A DNA stretch of 32,000 nt from Candidatus Saccharimonas sp. GTDB lineage: Bacteria; Patescibacteriota; Saccharimonadia; Saccharimonadales; Saccharimonadaceae. Below the pieces are notes generated by a model. That model did no database searches. It was not told where the DNA came from and worked only from the letters and a program-made list of their open reading frames with translations. Below are positions 1 through 8,614 of the stretch, in pieces; positions within the stretch are counted from its first letter, which is position 1; every line of letters starts with the position of its first letter. Location of the stretch: positions 180,001 through 212,000 of the forward strand of contig CP076101.2 of assembly GCA_015256915.3 (NCBI GenBank), written 5' to 3'. The position numbers and the translations under genes were made by a program.

Positions 1-897
1 TCAAATAAAAAACTTACTGCTGCAATGCTATTTTTTGCGGTGAATGGCAATATTCAGATTGTTGAAAAAACTTCGAAGGGCTTTTTGGGTGGCAAGAAAA
101 AGAGCTATACAATTCAGCTATTAAATCGAGATAATTTGAATCAAGATATGCTTTCATTATTAAATTCATTTTTTAGAAGTAAAACTGAGATTGATTTATC
201 TAAACAAATGAGTAGTACGCAAGCCTCTGATATTTCTTCGAAAGTTTTAAACTCCGCATTTAGCGGAACTTCTTACTATGTTCAAGAAAAGCCAGCAGTG
301 TTCAGTAATTCTCAGTTTTTTGCTGGCGGAGTGACTATTTTATCTGTGGTATTGTTTTTTGCGAGCGGAATAATAGTTAATTTTATTTCAACTATTTCAC
401 CTTGGTTTACGGTAGCTATATGTTCTTTCATTGCAGCCGTTATGCTCTCAATTTTAATATTTACTATTTCAAATATAAAAATTCCATCTCGAAAAGGTTT
501 TGAAGCAAAAAATTATCTTGAAGGTTTAAAGCTTTATATTTCAGTAGCAGAAAGCGAACGGTTAAAATTTTCGCAAAGTTTGCAGAATTCTGAAAGATTC
601 CAAACTGAATTTGGTGGCTCTCGCGTAAAACTTTATGAAAAACTTTTACCTTGGGCAGCGTTGTTCGGGCTAGAGAAGTCTTGGGCGAAGGTGCTTGAAT
701 TGCAATTTCAAGATGAAAATTATCTACCAGATTGGTATGTTGGCTCAACAGCATTTAATGCTATGGTGTTTTCTAATAGCTTGAATAGCTTTAATAGTGC
801 AATGAACAGTTATTCTGCGCCAAGTTCGAGCAGTTCTGGTGGAGGTGGTGGATTCTCTGGCGGCGGCGCTGGCGGCGGCGGTGGTGGTGGTTGGTAA
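1..897 (+). CDS. DUF2207-like membrane protein, C-terminal part (5' end lies outside the window)
   Basis: Frame 1 is open from base 1, with no stop before the listed ATG at 25; stop TAA at 895-897. Two hydrophobic helices (GVTILSVVLFFASGIIVNFI, WFTVAICSFIAAVMLSILIF), then a soluble segment and a Ser/Gly tail (SSSSSGGGGGFSGGGAGGGGGGGW) typical of DUF2207 proteins. Family call is from memory. Confidence 0.7.
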   Translation, partial: SNKKLTAAMLFFAVNGNIQIVEKTSKGFLGGKKKSYTIQLLNRDNLNQDMLSLLNSFFRSKTEIDLSKQMSSTQASDISSKVLNSAFSGTSYYVQEKPAVFSNSQFFAGGVTILSVVLFFASGIIVNFISTISPWFTVAICSFIAAVMLSILIFTISNIKIPSRKGFEAKNYLEGLKLYISVAESERLKFSQSLQNSERFQTEFGGSRVKLYEKLLPWAALFGLEKSWAKVLELQFQDENYLPDWYVGSTAFNAMVFSNSLNSFNSAMNSYSAPSSSSSGGGGGFSGGGAGGGGGGGW

Positions 898-930
898 AAC
901 CGCACCTTTCTATAAAGCAGATTTTCGAAA

Positions 931-963
931 AGTAGCTTGCAAAAAATGTAAGCTACTTTTTTG
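931..963 (+). terminator. Rho-independent terminator after the DUF2207-like gene
   Basis: 10-bp stem AGTAGCTTGC/GTAAGCTACT (931-940 with 948-957), 7-nt loop, then a T run. Confidence 0.7.
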
Positions 964-983
964 TAGTAAAAAGCATAACTATA

Positions 984-1012
984 TTGATTTTTTTGCTTTT
1001 TTGTGATTAAAT
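984..1012 (+). promoter_or_regulatory. Candidate sigma70-type promoter for the 842-aa membrane protein gene
   Basis: TTGATT (984-989), 17-nt spacer, TGaTTAAAT (1004-1012). The ATG at 1022 is only 9 nt downstream. Confidence 0.4.
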
Positions 1013-1021
1013 ATAAGCATT

Positions 1022-3550
1022 ATGAAAAGATTTTGGGTTGGGTTGAAAAATAAAAAAGTTTTGATTATTTTTACTTTAATTTGTAGTTTTTTTGGGCTTA
1101 GTATTTTTTTGAATAACAATGTTTATGCTGAGAATATTGGTCAGGGAGGACAATCATTCAGAACTCAATATGAAGGTGCTTCTAAGTCTGGATGCGATTA
1201 TTTTCAAACTTATGGACCTACTGGTCAAAGACAGGAAAGTGATAGTAGTAGAGCTTGTAAAAAAGCTATTGAGGAAGGCGCATCCGGAAATGGTAAGAAA
1301 GTTACTAACGCACAAGAATGGGTTCTTCTAAGATGTGAAGCATATGGAACTCGAGGTGTAAGTATTAGTGATGGATATAGTGGAGCTACAAAAAATTCAA
1401 AAGAATGCCAAGAGGAATCTATAAAGCAGGGTTTTTCTAAGAAAGACAGTGTTGCTACTGATAAGGAAGTTACTAAAGATGCTTCAAAATCTTCATCAGA
1501 CAATAAGCCTGGTGAAGGTGATAAAGATAAAGATAAAGATAAAGATAATAAAGACAAAAATTCTTGCGCTATTGAATGGATTGGCTGGATTGTTTGCCCG
1601 ATTGTTCGTGGTTCAACTGGTGTTGTTGTTGGTCTATATAATTTTATGCAAGCTAATTTCTTAAATATTAAATCTGATCAACTTTTTTCAAATTCTGGGA
1701 AGGGCCAAGAGGCATTTAAACACTGGGTAACATTTAGAGATATTGCAAATATATTTTTTGTGATTATGATTGCGATAATAATTTTCTCGCAAGTAACTGG
1801 TGTAGGGATTTCTAACTACGGTATTAAGAAGATGCTTCCAAAAATTATTATTTATGCAATTTTAGTGAATATTTCTTGGTATATCGTTGTGATTGCTATT
1901 GATATTTCGAATATTGTTGGTAGTACTTTATTTAAGTGGCTATCAAATGATGGAAATTGGAACTTTTCTAGTGACGTCCAGAAAGAAACATCTCCTGTTG
2001 AAGGAATTTTAACAGGTACTGCAGCAACAGGTGCGCTTATCGCTGCAGGGGTTACCGCTGCTCTCGTTGGTGGAGCCACAATTCTTCTATTTATCGTCTC
2101 TGCTGCACTTGCTGTTGTAATGACTGTATTTATATTAATGATAAGGGAAGCAGCTGTTATAGTTCTTGTCGTGACTTCTCCTTTAGCTTTTGTTGCAGGA
2201 TTATTGCCAAATACAGAAGGAGTCTTCAAAAAGTGGGTCAAGCTTACAAAAAATATGCTAATAATTTACCCAATTTGTTCGTTAATAGTCGGTGGTGCTT
2301 TGTTTGTCTCTAATTTACTATATGGCGTAGTTGATGACCCTCTACTTAAAATTATTTATGGCGTTTTGCCTATATTATCGCTATTTGCAATTATTGCAGT
2401 TATTAAAACTGTACTTTCGTTTATTGATGGCTTGACTGGCGGAAATTTGCGTGGCGCTATTGACAAAATGTCTGGTAAAATTAATTCTGTTGGTCAGAAT
2501 TCAAACTGGGCCAAGGCTTCAAGAGAGAAAGCTGCAAATAGGAGTATTGCTGGAATTCCTATTGGTAAAAATGCTCGTACAGCAAAATATGAAGAGGGTC
2601 AATATAGAAGAAATCGTAATGAACTTCGAAAACTTCAAGCAAAGAGAAACCCTACCGCTTCAGATTATCGAAGAATGGGGCAACTTGGTGCTGCTATTGG
2701 TGGTTTTGAAAAAGGTCAAACCGATGGAATGGTTACTGCTATGGCTTCAGGAATTGGTAACAGTGTATCGAATGTCAATTCTGAGCTTGCAAGAATTTCG
2801 AATGTTTCTGATCCTGTTCAACAAGGTTTAATGTATAGTGCTCTTTCACAAGCAGTGACAAAATCGGGCCTTAATAGTGCTGGTCAGGCTGCTGCAATGA
2901 GTAGTATTGCTAATAGTGCTTTAAATATTGGCGATTCTGAACAGAGAAAATCTGTTGCGGCTCAAATTGCATCAAAAGCTGGTAGTGATATTAAGAAGGT
3001 TAACCCTGCTGCAGCAAAAGCAGTCATGCAAGATTTTTCTTCAGAAAATATCAAATCTGTTCAAGATTTTGAAAATGATATTTCAACATACTCAGGTGCA
3101 AGTGCTAAGCAAATGGCTGATTGGTCTGACATGTCTAGCGCAAATGTTAATGATAATAAAGCGTTTAAGGCAATGCAAAGCGCATTTAATAGTGGTGACC
3201 AAAGCAAGATTTTACAAGCACAGAATATGGGTAAGATTGCTGAGCAAGCTCTCACTGCCAATGCAAATGGAACAATGTCCCTAACGCCAGACCAGCAGGC
3301 TAACTTTATGGCGATGCAAAAGTTGGCTCAATCTCAAGCTTCACAAACGGCTGCGGATACAGCAAGCAATACTCAATATTCTACTAGTCAAAAGGTAGAA
3401 GTGAATTATCAAACTTCAGCTTCACAGCAAGATCAGAGCGGGTCGTCCACCTTTAGCTCCGATACGTATAATGCACCCCCAGCACAAGCTACTCAAGCCT
3501 CGCAGCCAATAAATAATAATAGTAGTAATCAAAATATTCAACCTCGGTAA
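1022..3550 (+). CDS. Large multi-pass membrane protein: secreted Cys-module N-domain, central TM bundle, long Q/S/A/N-rich tail (VirB6/TrbL/TcpH-like topology, homology unverified)
   Basis: 842-aa ORF. Signal peptide ends in NNNVYA/EN. The secreted ~150-aa region carries two similar C..YGxxG...C...I..G.S modules. A (DK)n linker follows, then at least 7 hydrophobic helices between about aa 185 and 480, then a ~350-aa low-complexity tail. Confidence 0.85.
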   Translation: MKRFWVGLKNKKVLIIFTLICSFFGLSIFLNNNVYAENIGQGGQSFRTQYEGASKSGCDYFQTYGPTGQRQESDSSRACKKAIEEGASGNGKKVTNAQEWVLLRCEAYGTRGVSISDGYSGATKNSKECQEESIKQGFSKKDSVATDKEVTKDASKSSSDNKPGEGDKDKDKDKDNKDKNSCAIEWIGWIVCPIVRGSTGVVVGLYNFMQANFLNIKSDQLFSNSGKGQEAFKHWVTFRDIANIFFVIMIAIIIFSQVTGVGISNYGIKKMLPKIIIYAILVNISWYIVVIAIDISNIVGSTLFKWLSNDGNWNFSSDVQKETSPVEGILTGTAATGALIAAGVTAALVGGATILLFIVSAALAVVMTVFILMIREAAVIVLVVTSPLAFVAGLLPNTEGVFKKWVKLTKNMLIIYPICSLIVGGALFVSNLLYGVVDDPLLKIIYGVLPILSLFAIIAVIKTVLSFIDGLTGGNLRGAIDKMSGKINSVGQNSNWAKASREKAANRSIAGIPIGKNARTAKYEEGQYRRNRNELRKLQAKRNPTASDYRRMGQLGAAIGGFEKGQTDGMVTAMASGIGNSVSNVNSELARISNVSDPVQQGLMYSALSQAVTKSGLNSAGQAAAMSSIANSALNIGDSEQRKSVAAQIASKAGSDIKKVNPAAAKAVMQDFSSENIKSVQDFENDISTYSGASAKQMADWSDMSSANVNDNKAFKAMQSAFNSGDQSKILQAQNMGKIAEQALTANANGTMSLTPDQQANFMAMQKLAQSQASQTAADTASNTQYSTSQKVEVNYQTSASQQDQSGSSTFSSDTYNAPPAQATQASQPINNNSSNQNIQPR
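1520..1543 (+). repeat. In-frame hexanucleotide tandem repeat (GATAAA)x4 encoding (DK)4
   Basis: Four perfect GATAAA units, then degenerate units GATAAT AAAGAC AAAAAT. Lies in the linker between the secreted head and the first TM helix of the 842-aa protein. Confidence 0.9.
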
Positions 3551-3606
3551 ACTGTGAGCGATCCAACTAAATCAAACAGAAAATTTGGTGCTAACTAAAT
3601 ATAGGA

Positions 3607-3640
3607 AACACTCTTTCAAAAACAGAAAGGGTGTTTTTTT
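3607..3640 (+). terminator. Rho-independent terminator after the 842-aa gene
   Basis: Stem ACACTCTTTC/GAAAGGGTGT (one G-U pair), loop AAAAACA, followed by T7. Confidence 0.75.
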
Positions 3641-3650
3641 GCATAAAATA

Positions 3651-3659
3651 TGCTAAAAT
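3651..3659 (+). promoter_or_regulatory. Candidate extended -10 box upstream of murD
   Basis: TGcTAAAAT. murD is 33 nt downstream and has an SD (GGAG at 3685-3688). Confidence 0.4.
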
Positions 3660-3692
3660 AAAATAAAGATAATCTAAACTAAAAGGAGAAAT

Positions 3693-5027
3693 ATGAAAAT
3701 TGCATTAATTGGTTTTGGGCTCGAAGCAAAAAGTGCTTATGATTATTTTAAAAGTATTGATCAAAATATTACTTTTGAAATTTATGACGAAAACTCAAAA
3801 AGTAAAATTGAGCTACCAAATGGTGTTAAATTCTTTGGTGATTTTCATGATTTTTCAAAAATTCAAGCAGATTTGATTGTGCGAACACCTGCAGTTAATC
3901 CTAGCCGTTTGCCAAAAAGTGCTAAAATTACATCTGTTACAAATTTATTTTTTGAAAAATGCCCAGCATCAATTATTGGTGTAACCGGCTCAAAAGGTAA
4001 GGGAACGGTATCGAGTTTTATTGCTGAAATTTTGCGTGCAGCCGGTTTGAAGGTTTATCTTGTTGGCAATATTGGCTTACCAGCGCTTAATGAGCTTTCA
4101 AAAATTCAAAAAGATGATGCCGTGATTTATGAGCTCAGTAGCTTTCAGCTTTGGGATGCTCAAAAATCGCCACATATTGCAATTTTAAATAATCTTGAAG
4201 TTGATCACCTTGATGTTCATGATGGCTTTGAAGATTATGTGGCTGCAAAAATGAATATTGCTAAGAATCAAACCGAGAATGATTTTTTTATTTTTAATGC
4301 TGAAAATCCAATAGTTTTAAAAAATGTTGAAAACTTAAAAAATCAGCTCAAGGCAGAACTTCAGCCTTTTCGGGATTATAATTTAGCCCATATTCAGGAA
4401 AACCATTTTTTATGGGGAGATGAAGTTCTCTTCGAAACTAATATTTTGAAAATTCCAGGCGAACACAATCAAAAAAATGCTTGTGCCGCAATGATTGCAA
4501 CTTTTGATTTTTTGCGTGAAAAAGGTTTTGAAAATGAGGAAATATTCGATTTTTGGCGAGAAGGGCTTTCGAAATTTGCAGGTTTACCGCATCGGTTAAA
4601 ATTTGTTCGTGAGTTTGAGGGTGTGCGATTTTATGATGATTCCATTGCAACCACACCGGGTAGTGCGATTGCTGCACTAAATTCTTTCGAAAAGCCAAAA
4701 ATTTTAATTCTTGGCGGAAGCAATAAAGGTGCTGATTTAAGTGGGCTGATTGAAAAAATTGCAAAAATGCCAGAGCAAGAACTTCGAAAGGTAATTTTAA
4801 TGGGGGCAGAATCTGAAAAACTAGCCCAGAAATTGATATCAAGCGGATTCGAGCGGTTTATAAATCTAGGTGCAAAAACAAATATGCAAGAAGTTGTAAA
4901 AACTGCTTTCAAAAACGCGAAAAGTGGCGATGTGGTTATTTTAAGTCCAGCTCATGCCAGTTTTGATATGTTTAAGAGTTATATTGATCGCGGTGAACAA
5001 TTTGTTGAAAATGCAAACCTTTTATGA
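3693..5027 (+). CDS. murD: UDP-N-acetylmuramoylalanine--D-glutamate ligase
   Basis: 444 aa. Rossmann-like N-terminus, Mur-ligase P-loop GVTGSKGKGT, and GLPHRLKFVRE..V.FYDDSIATTP matching the MurD GLPHR.E...NDSKAT signature. Stop is TGA. Confidence 0.9.
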   Translation: MKIALIGFGLEAKSAYDYFKSIDQNITFEIYDENSKSKIELPNGVKFFGDFHDFSKIQADLIVRTPAVNPSRLPKSAKITSVTNLFFEKCPASIIGVTGSKGKGTVSSFIAEILRAAGLKVYLVGNIGLPALNELSKIQKDDAVIYELSSFQLWDAQKSPHIAILNNLEVDHLDVHDGFEDYVAAKMNIAKNQTENDFFIFNAENPIVLKNVENLKNQLKAELQPFRDYNLAHIQENHFLWGDEVLFETNILKIPGEHNQKNACAAMIATFDFLREKGFENEEIFDFWREGLSKFAGLPHRLKFVREFEGVRFYDDSIATTPGSAIAALNSFEKPKILILGGSNKGADLSGLIEKIAKMPEQELRKVILMGAESEKLAQKLISSGFERFINLGAKTNMQEVVKTAFKNAKSGDVVILSPAHASFDMFKSYIDRGEQFVENANLL

Positions 5028-5033
5028 TAAAAT
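5005..5033 (+). promoter_or_regulatory. Promoter inside the murD 3' end driving a leaderless mscL
   Basis: TTGAAA (5005-5010), 17-nt spacer, TGaTAAAAT (5025-5033), 7 nt to the ATG at 5041. Confidence 0.5.
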
Positions 5034-5040
5034 TTATATT

Positions 5041-5460
5041 ATGAGTAAAAAACAAGTTAAATCTACAAAGAAACCTGCTTTAAAAATAAAAGCAGTAGAC
5101 CCAAAAGCACAATTTGCGGGTTTTAAAAAATTCATTAAAGATCAAGGATTGATCGGAATGGCGATCGGTTTAATTCTCGGAACGGCTTCTGGCGATCTTG
5201 TTAAATCTTTGATTAATAATATCATTATGCCACCACTTGGTTTCGTTCTTGGATCAGCCGAAGGTTTGAAAGGTGTTGTTTGGAATATGGGAAAAACACC
5301 AGCAGGTAAAGAGGCAGTTCTTTCTTACGGTGCATTTTTGAACGATGTCATTAACTTTTTGGTAATTGCATTCGTTGTATATTTCGTACTTTTGTTTGTT
5401 GAAAAACTTTTCACAGACGATGATATTGAAGCAGAGGCTGAAGAGGCAGCAAAGAAATAA
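5041..5460 (+). CDS. mscL: Large-conductance mechanosensitive channel
   Basis: Matches the MscL pattern: FKKFI..G.....A.G...G.A....V.SL...IIMPP.G, a second TM helix with F.VIAF.VY, and an acidic C-terminal helix. Start moved from the listed 4954 to ATG 5041, because the upstream part overlaps murD and the promoter. Confidence 0.9.
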   Translation: MSKKQVKSTKKPALKIKAVDPKAQFAGFKKFIKDQGLIGMAIGLILGTASGDLVKSLINNIIMPPLGFVLGSAEGLKGVVWNMGKTPAGKEAVLSYGAFLNDVINFLVIAFVVYFVLLFVEKLFTDDDIEAEAEEAAKK

Positions 5461-5463
5461 ATT

Positions 5464-6543
5464 ATGGATAAGCTGAAAGCTCGTGTTGGCGAAATTTTAA
5501 ATGAGCTTGAAAAAGCGAGCTTGAAGCTTAATCTTGAAAGCAAAAAAAATCAAATCTCAGATTTAGAGGTTGAAATTTCGAATCCAGAAATTTGGCTAAA
5601 CCCTAAAACTGCACAAGAAAAAGTTAAAAAACTTGCTGATTTAAACAAGGAAATCCACCCTTGGTTGGTTTTAAAAACGCAAGTTAAAGACATTCTAGAA
5701 TTAATAAATCTTAGCGACGATGAGCTTCTTGAAGAGTTTGAAGCTCAAATTTTGCAATTCGAAAATGATTTCGAAGAGCTAAAAAAACAGCTTTTATTTG
5801 ATGGAGAATTTGACAGCGGTGATGCGATCGTTCGAATTACGGCTGGTGTTGGCGGAACTGATGCGCAAGATTTTGCTGAAATGTTGGAGCGGATGTACTT
5901 GCGTTGGGCTGAAAAAAATAAACTCAAAACCGAGCAAATTGAGCGAAGTATTGGTGAAGAAGCTGGAATTAAAACTAGTGTTTTCGAAATTCAAGGTCTT
6001 TATGCTTATGGTAAAATGCGAAGTGAAAATGGTGTGCATCGTTTGGTGCGAATTTCGCCGTTTAACAGTGGTGGAACTCGTGAAACGTCTTTTGCCTTAG
6101 TTGAAGTTTTGCCAAAAATTGATACGCCAGAACATGTTGAAATTACTGAAAAAGACCTTCGAGTTGATGTTTATCGTTCTGGCGGAAAGGGCGGGCAAGG
6201 TGTAAATACAACTGATTCGGCTGTACGAATTACACATATTCCAACTGGTACGGTTGTGGCAATTCAGAATGAGCGCTCGCAAACGCAAAATAAAGAAACC
6301 GCAATGAATATTTTGCGCGGAAAGCTCGTGCAAATGAAAATGGAACAGCACGCACAGAATTTGAGTGAGCTTCAAGCTGGAAAATCTGCTGATTGGGGCA
6401 CGCAAATTCGAAATTATGTTCTAAACCCCTATAAAATAGTTAAAGACACACGAACCAAATATGAAGAAAAAGATGTTGAAAAGGTCTTAAATGGCGAAAT
6501 TGACGGATTTATCTTTGCATTTTTAGAAAGTTCGAAAGAATAA
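5464..6543 (+). CDS. prfB: Peptide chain release factor 2, encoded in a single frame
   Basis: SPF tripeptide (RISPFNSGG) and GGQ motif (SGGKGGQGVNTTDSAVRITHIPTG). 359 aa, with no internal frameshift site. Confidence 0.95.
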   Translation: MDKLKARVGEILNELEKASLKLNLESKKNQISDLEVEISNPEIWLNPKTAQEKVKKLADLNKEIHPWLVLKTQVKDILELINLSDDELLEEFEAQILQFENDFEELKKQLLFDGEFDSGDAIVRITAGVGGTDAQDFAEMLERMYLRWAEKNKLKTEQIERSIGEEAGIKTSVFEIQGLYAYGKMRSENGVHRLVRISPFNSGGTRETSFALVEVLPKIDTPEHVEITEKDLRVDVYRSGGKGGQGVNTTDSAVRITHIPTGTVVAIQNERSQTQNKETAMNILRGKLVQMKMEQHAQNLSELQAGKSADWGTQIRNYVLNPYKIVKDTRTKYEEKDVEKVLNGEIDGFIFAFLESSKE

Positions 6544-6546
6544 AAC

Positions 6547-6590
6547 ATAAGCATATAACAAAACTTTAATTTTGTGATACGCTTATTTTA
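6547..6590 (+). terminator. Possible terminator after prfB
   Basis: Nested hairpin: outer ATAAGC/GCTTAT (6547-6552 with 6581-6586), inner ACAAAA/TTTTGT (6558-6563 with 6570-6575), then TTTT. Confidence 0.4.
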
Positions 6591-6611
6591 CAATAAACTT
6601 TTAAAAAACTC

Positions 6612-6640
6612 TTGCAATAAAAAAGCTTATACTGTATAAT
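6612..6640 (+). promoter_or_regulatory. Promoter of tRNA-Phe
   Basis: TTGCAA (6612-6617), 17-nt spacer, TATAAT (6635-6640). The tRNA 5' end is 11 nt downstream. Confidence 0.6.
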
Positions 6641-6651
6641 TAATAAAGGTT

Positions 6652-6727
6652 GGCTCTTTAGCTCAGTTGGTAGAGCAGAGGCCTGAAGAGCCTTGTGTCC
6701 CCAGTTCAAGTCTGGGAGGAGCCACCA
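6652..6727 (+). tRNA. tRNA-Phe (anticodon GAA), CCA encoded
   Basis: Cloverleaf folded by hand. Acceptor GGCTCTT/AGGAGCC; D arm GCTC-AGTTGGTA-GAGC; anticodon arm GAGGC-CTGAAGA-GCCTT; variable loop GTGTC; T arm CCCAG-TTCAAGT-CTGGG; discriminator A; CCA at 6725-6727. Confidence 0.95.
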
Positions 6728-6741
6728 ATTTTTGATAAATT

Positions 6742-6760
6742 CCGCTTTGGCGGTTTTTTA
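6742..6760 (+). terminator. Short terminator after tRNA-Phe
   Basis: CCGC-TTTG-GCGG hairpin followed by T6. Confidence 0.45.
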
Positions 6761-6789
6761 TTTTTATAAAATAAAGTTTCGAAAAGCAC

Positions 6790-6817
6790 TTGAAAAATTT
6801 AAAAACATAAGTATAAT
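6790..6817 (+). promoter_or_regulatory. Promoter for a leaderless hypothetical gene
   Basis: TTGAAA (6790-6795), 16-nt spacer, TATAAT (6812-6817), 7 nt to the ATG at 6825. Confidence 0.5.
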
Positions 6818-6824
6818 GGTAAAT

Positions 6825-7499
6825 ATGAATAGATTCAAAAAAGGTGCAGTTAAAGGTTCAACAATCGCAATTATTCTGTTGAGCATCGGTTTTGCTGGTG
6901 CTGGTTCATTTGGAATTTGGGCTTACATTGAATACAATAATGTAAAAACAGATGTTGAAGGAAAGATTGATTTACAGGTTGCTGAAGGAAAACGAAAACA
7001 GCAAGAAGATGATGAAAAGAAATATAATGAAGAGCGACGAAAAACTGTTAAAGAATTTCGTGCTCCAGAAGATTTAGGAAAGGTAACTTTTAGTTATCCA
7101 ACATTTTGGAATCAATATGTTGAATCTAATGGTTCTGATCGAAAGGGGTTCTTCTCTTATTTCTATCCAGATACAGTGCCACCAGTTCCAAAAGACGGTA
7201 AAGATACTCAGCGTTTCGGTTTGCGCGTAGCTATTTATGAGAAGAGTGTAGACGAAGTTCTTAAAGAATTTAACGAAGCTATCAAAAAGGGTGAGCTTTC
7301 TTCTGAAGCCGTAACGGTTAATGGATATCCAGCAACAAAAATTGCAGGCTTATTCCCTGGGCCAGAGAAGAATAATCGAATTCGTGGAACAGCTTATTAT
7401 TTTAAATTAAACAGCAAAACTTTGATGATTCGAACTGATGCCGATACTTACAATAATGTCTTGAACGAAAATATTTTAAGCACTCTGAAAATGGATTAG
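6825..7499 (+). CDS. Hypothetical membrane-anchored (N-terminal TM) extracytoplasmic protein
   Basis: The listed ORF 6693-7499 overlaps the tRNA and the promoter, so I start it at ATG 6825 (MNRFKKGAVKGSTIAIILLSIGFAGAGSFGIWAY...). One N-terminal TM helix, a charged coiled segment, then a mixed alpha/beta domain. No motif recognised. Confidence 0.7.
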   Translation: MNRFKKGAVKGSTIAIILLSIGFAGAGSFGIWAYIEYNNVKTDVEGKIDLQVAEGKRKQQEDDEKKYNEERRKTVKEFRAPEDLGKVTFSYPTFWNQYVESNGSDRKGFFSYFYPDTVPPVPKDGKDTQRFGLRVAIYEKSVDEVLKEFNEAIKKGELSSEAVTVNGYPATKIAGLFPGPEKNNRIRGTAYYFKLNSKTLMIRTDADTYNNVLNENILSTLKMD

Positions 7500-7520
7500 C
7501 TTTCAAAAATAGCAAAAATT

Positions 7521-7529
7521 TGCTATAAT
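7521..7529 (+). promoter_or_regulatory. Extended -10 box for a leaderless histidine kinase operon
   Basis: TGcTATAAT, 6 nt before the ATG at 7536. Confidence 0.55.
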
Positions 7530-7535
7530 AAAAAT

Positions 7536-8252
7536 ATGGATGAGCGGGAGTTTTTAAATCTGGTAGCAAAAGAAAGTAGTTTTCTTATTGCTGCTCACGA
7601 GATGAAAACCCCGCTTTCAATTATTCGCCAGCTTTCTTTAACTTTAAATGATGAGGAGACTGAGCTTTCTAATTCTGAAAAAAGCCGAATTCTACGCCAA
7701 ATTGACATCACTAGTGAAAGGGCTTTGCGACTCGTTCAAGATTTAACTAGAATTTCAAAACTTGAAGATGCAATGTTCGAGCTTGAGCCTATAAATTCAA
7801 AAAAAATCTGTAATGATGTGGTTGCAGAAATTGCCGATGTCTTCAAACTTCATGGTAGAGTTATTAGGTTTAAAAATGTTCGAAAAAATGAGTTAATCAT
7901 GGCGAATTATGAATTGCTTCGTTCAATTTTGATGAACTTCTCAGATAACGCACTTTATTCTTCGAACGAAAAGAGCGAAGTTGAGATTAAAATTTCAAAT
8001 ATTGGTGAAAAAGTTCGAATTTCAGTTCGAGATTATGGCGAAGAATTACCGCTTTCAATTTGGCGTTCAATTAAAAAACAGAATCATCAGCCAGTTCGAG
8101 CGAATTCTCGGCCGCAGAGTTCTGGCTTGGGTATTTTTATTGCTCAAAGTTTTGCGGCGGCAATGGGAGCAAAAATCGGTGTGATCCGCCATCGTGATGG
8201 AAACACTTTTTATGTTGATTTAAACCGTTCTGGTCAGTTGAGTTTATTGTGA
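7536..8252 (+). CDS. Minimal cytoplasmic histidine kinase (HisKA + HATPase only; no TM or sensor domain)
   Basis: H-box AAHEMKTPLSII about 20 aa from the N-terminus; N-box MNFSDNALYSS; G-boxes RDYGEELP and SGLGIFIAQSF. 238 aa. TGA stop. Confidence 0.85.
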   Translation: MDEREFLNLVAKESSFLIAAHEMKTPLSIIRQLSLTLNDEETELSNSEKSRILRQIDITSERALRLVQDLTRISKLEDAMFELEPINSKKICNDVVAEIADVFKLHGRVIRFKNVRKNELIMANYELLRSILMNFSDNALYSSNEKSEVEIKISNIGEKVRISVRDYGEELPLSIWRSIKKQNHQPVRANSRPQSSGLGIFIAQSFAAAMGAKIGVIRHRDGNTFYVDLNRSGQLSLL

Positions 8253-8614
8253 AAAAAATTTTAATTATTGAAGATAATACAATCTTGGCAGATAATTTTG
8301 AAATAATTTTGCGTTCAAATTTTTTAATTTCAAAAGTTAATTCTGCGCAAAAAGCAATCTTAGAGATTGATAGAAGTTTACCAGACTTAATTTTTCTCGA
8401 TATTTTGCTTGAAGGGCATTCTGCTTTTGCTCTTTTAAATGAATTACAGAGCTATGCCGATACGGCAAAAATTCCAGTGGTGATTTGCTCAGACTTAGCA
8501 AGTGAAATAGATTTCGAAAGTTTAAAATTGTTCAATGTTCGCCATATTTTTGATAAATCTCAGGTTTCACCAAAAGAAATTCGCACAAAAATCAAGGAGA
8601 TTTTAGATGAATAA
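8249..8614 (+). CDS. Single-domain response regulator (receiver only)
   Basis: The GTG start overlaps the kinase stop (GTGA at 8249-8252). Acidic pair IIEDN, phospho-acceptor LIFLDILL, conserved S (VICSD) and K (FDKS). No output domain. Confidence 0.85.
   Translation: MKKILIIEDNTILADNFEIILRSNFLISKVNSAQKAILEIDRSLPDLIFLDILLEGHSAFALLNELQSYADTAKIPVVICSDLASEIDFESLKLFNVRHIFDKSQVSPKEIRTKIKEILDE

Noticed and set aside
838-894. GGN-rich tract, considered as a G-quadruplex or regulatory repeat.
   Set aside because: It is in frame and encodes the Gly-rich C-terminal tail characteristic of the DUF2207-like protein. No independent signal is present.
4954-5040. Upstream extension of the mscL ORF. The listed starts 9302, 15321, 17319, 21375 and 24306 are analogous cases.
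   Set aside because: These extensions translate promoter, terminator or neighbouring-gene DNA. Downstream ATGs give canonical N-termini (signal peptides or family-typical starts) and sit at the expected distance from -10 boxes or SDs.
5464-5560. Programmed +1 frameshift site in prfB.
   Set aside because: The reading frame is continuous from the ATG, and no in-frame TGA with an upstream SD-like element is present.
6693-6824. N-terminal 44 codons of the listed ORF 6693-7499.
   Set aside because: They overlap the 3' half of tRNA-Phe, its terminator and the TTGAAA/TATAAT promoter. The real start is most likely ATG 6825 (or 6816).
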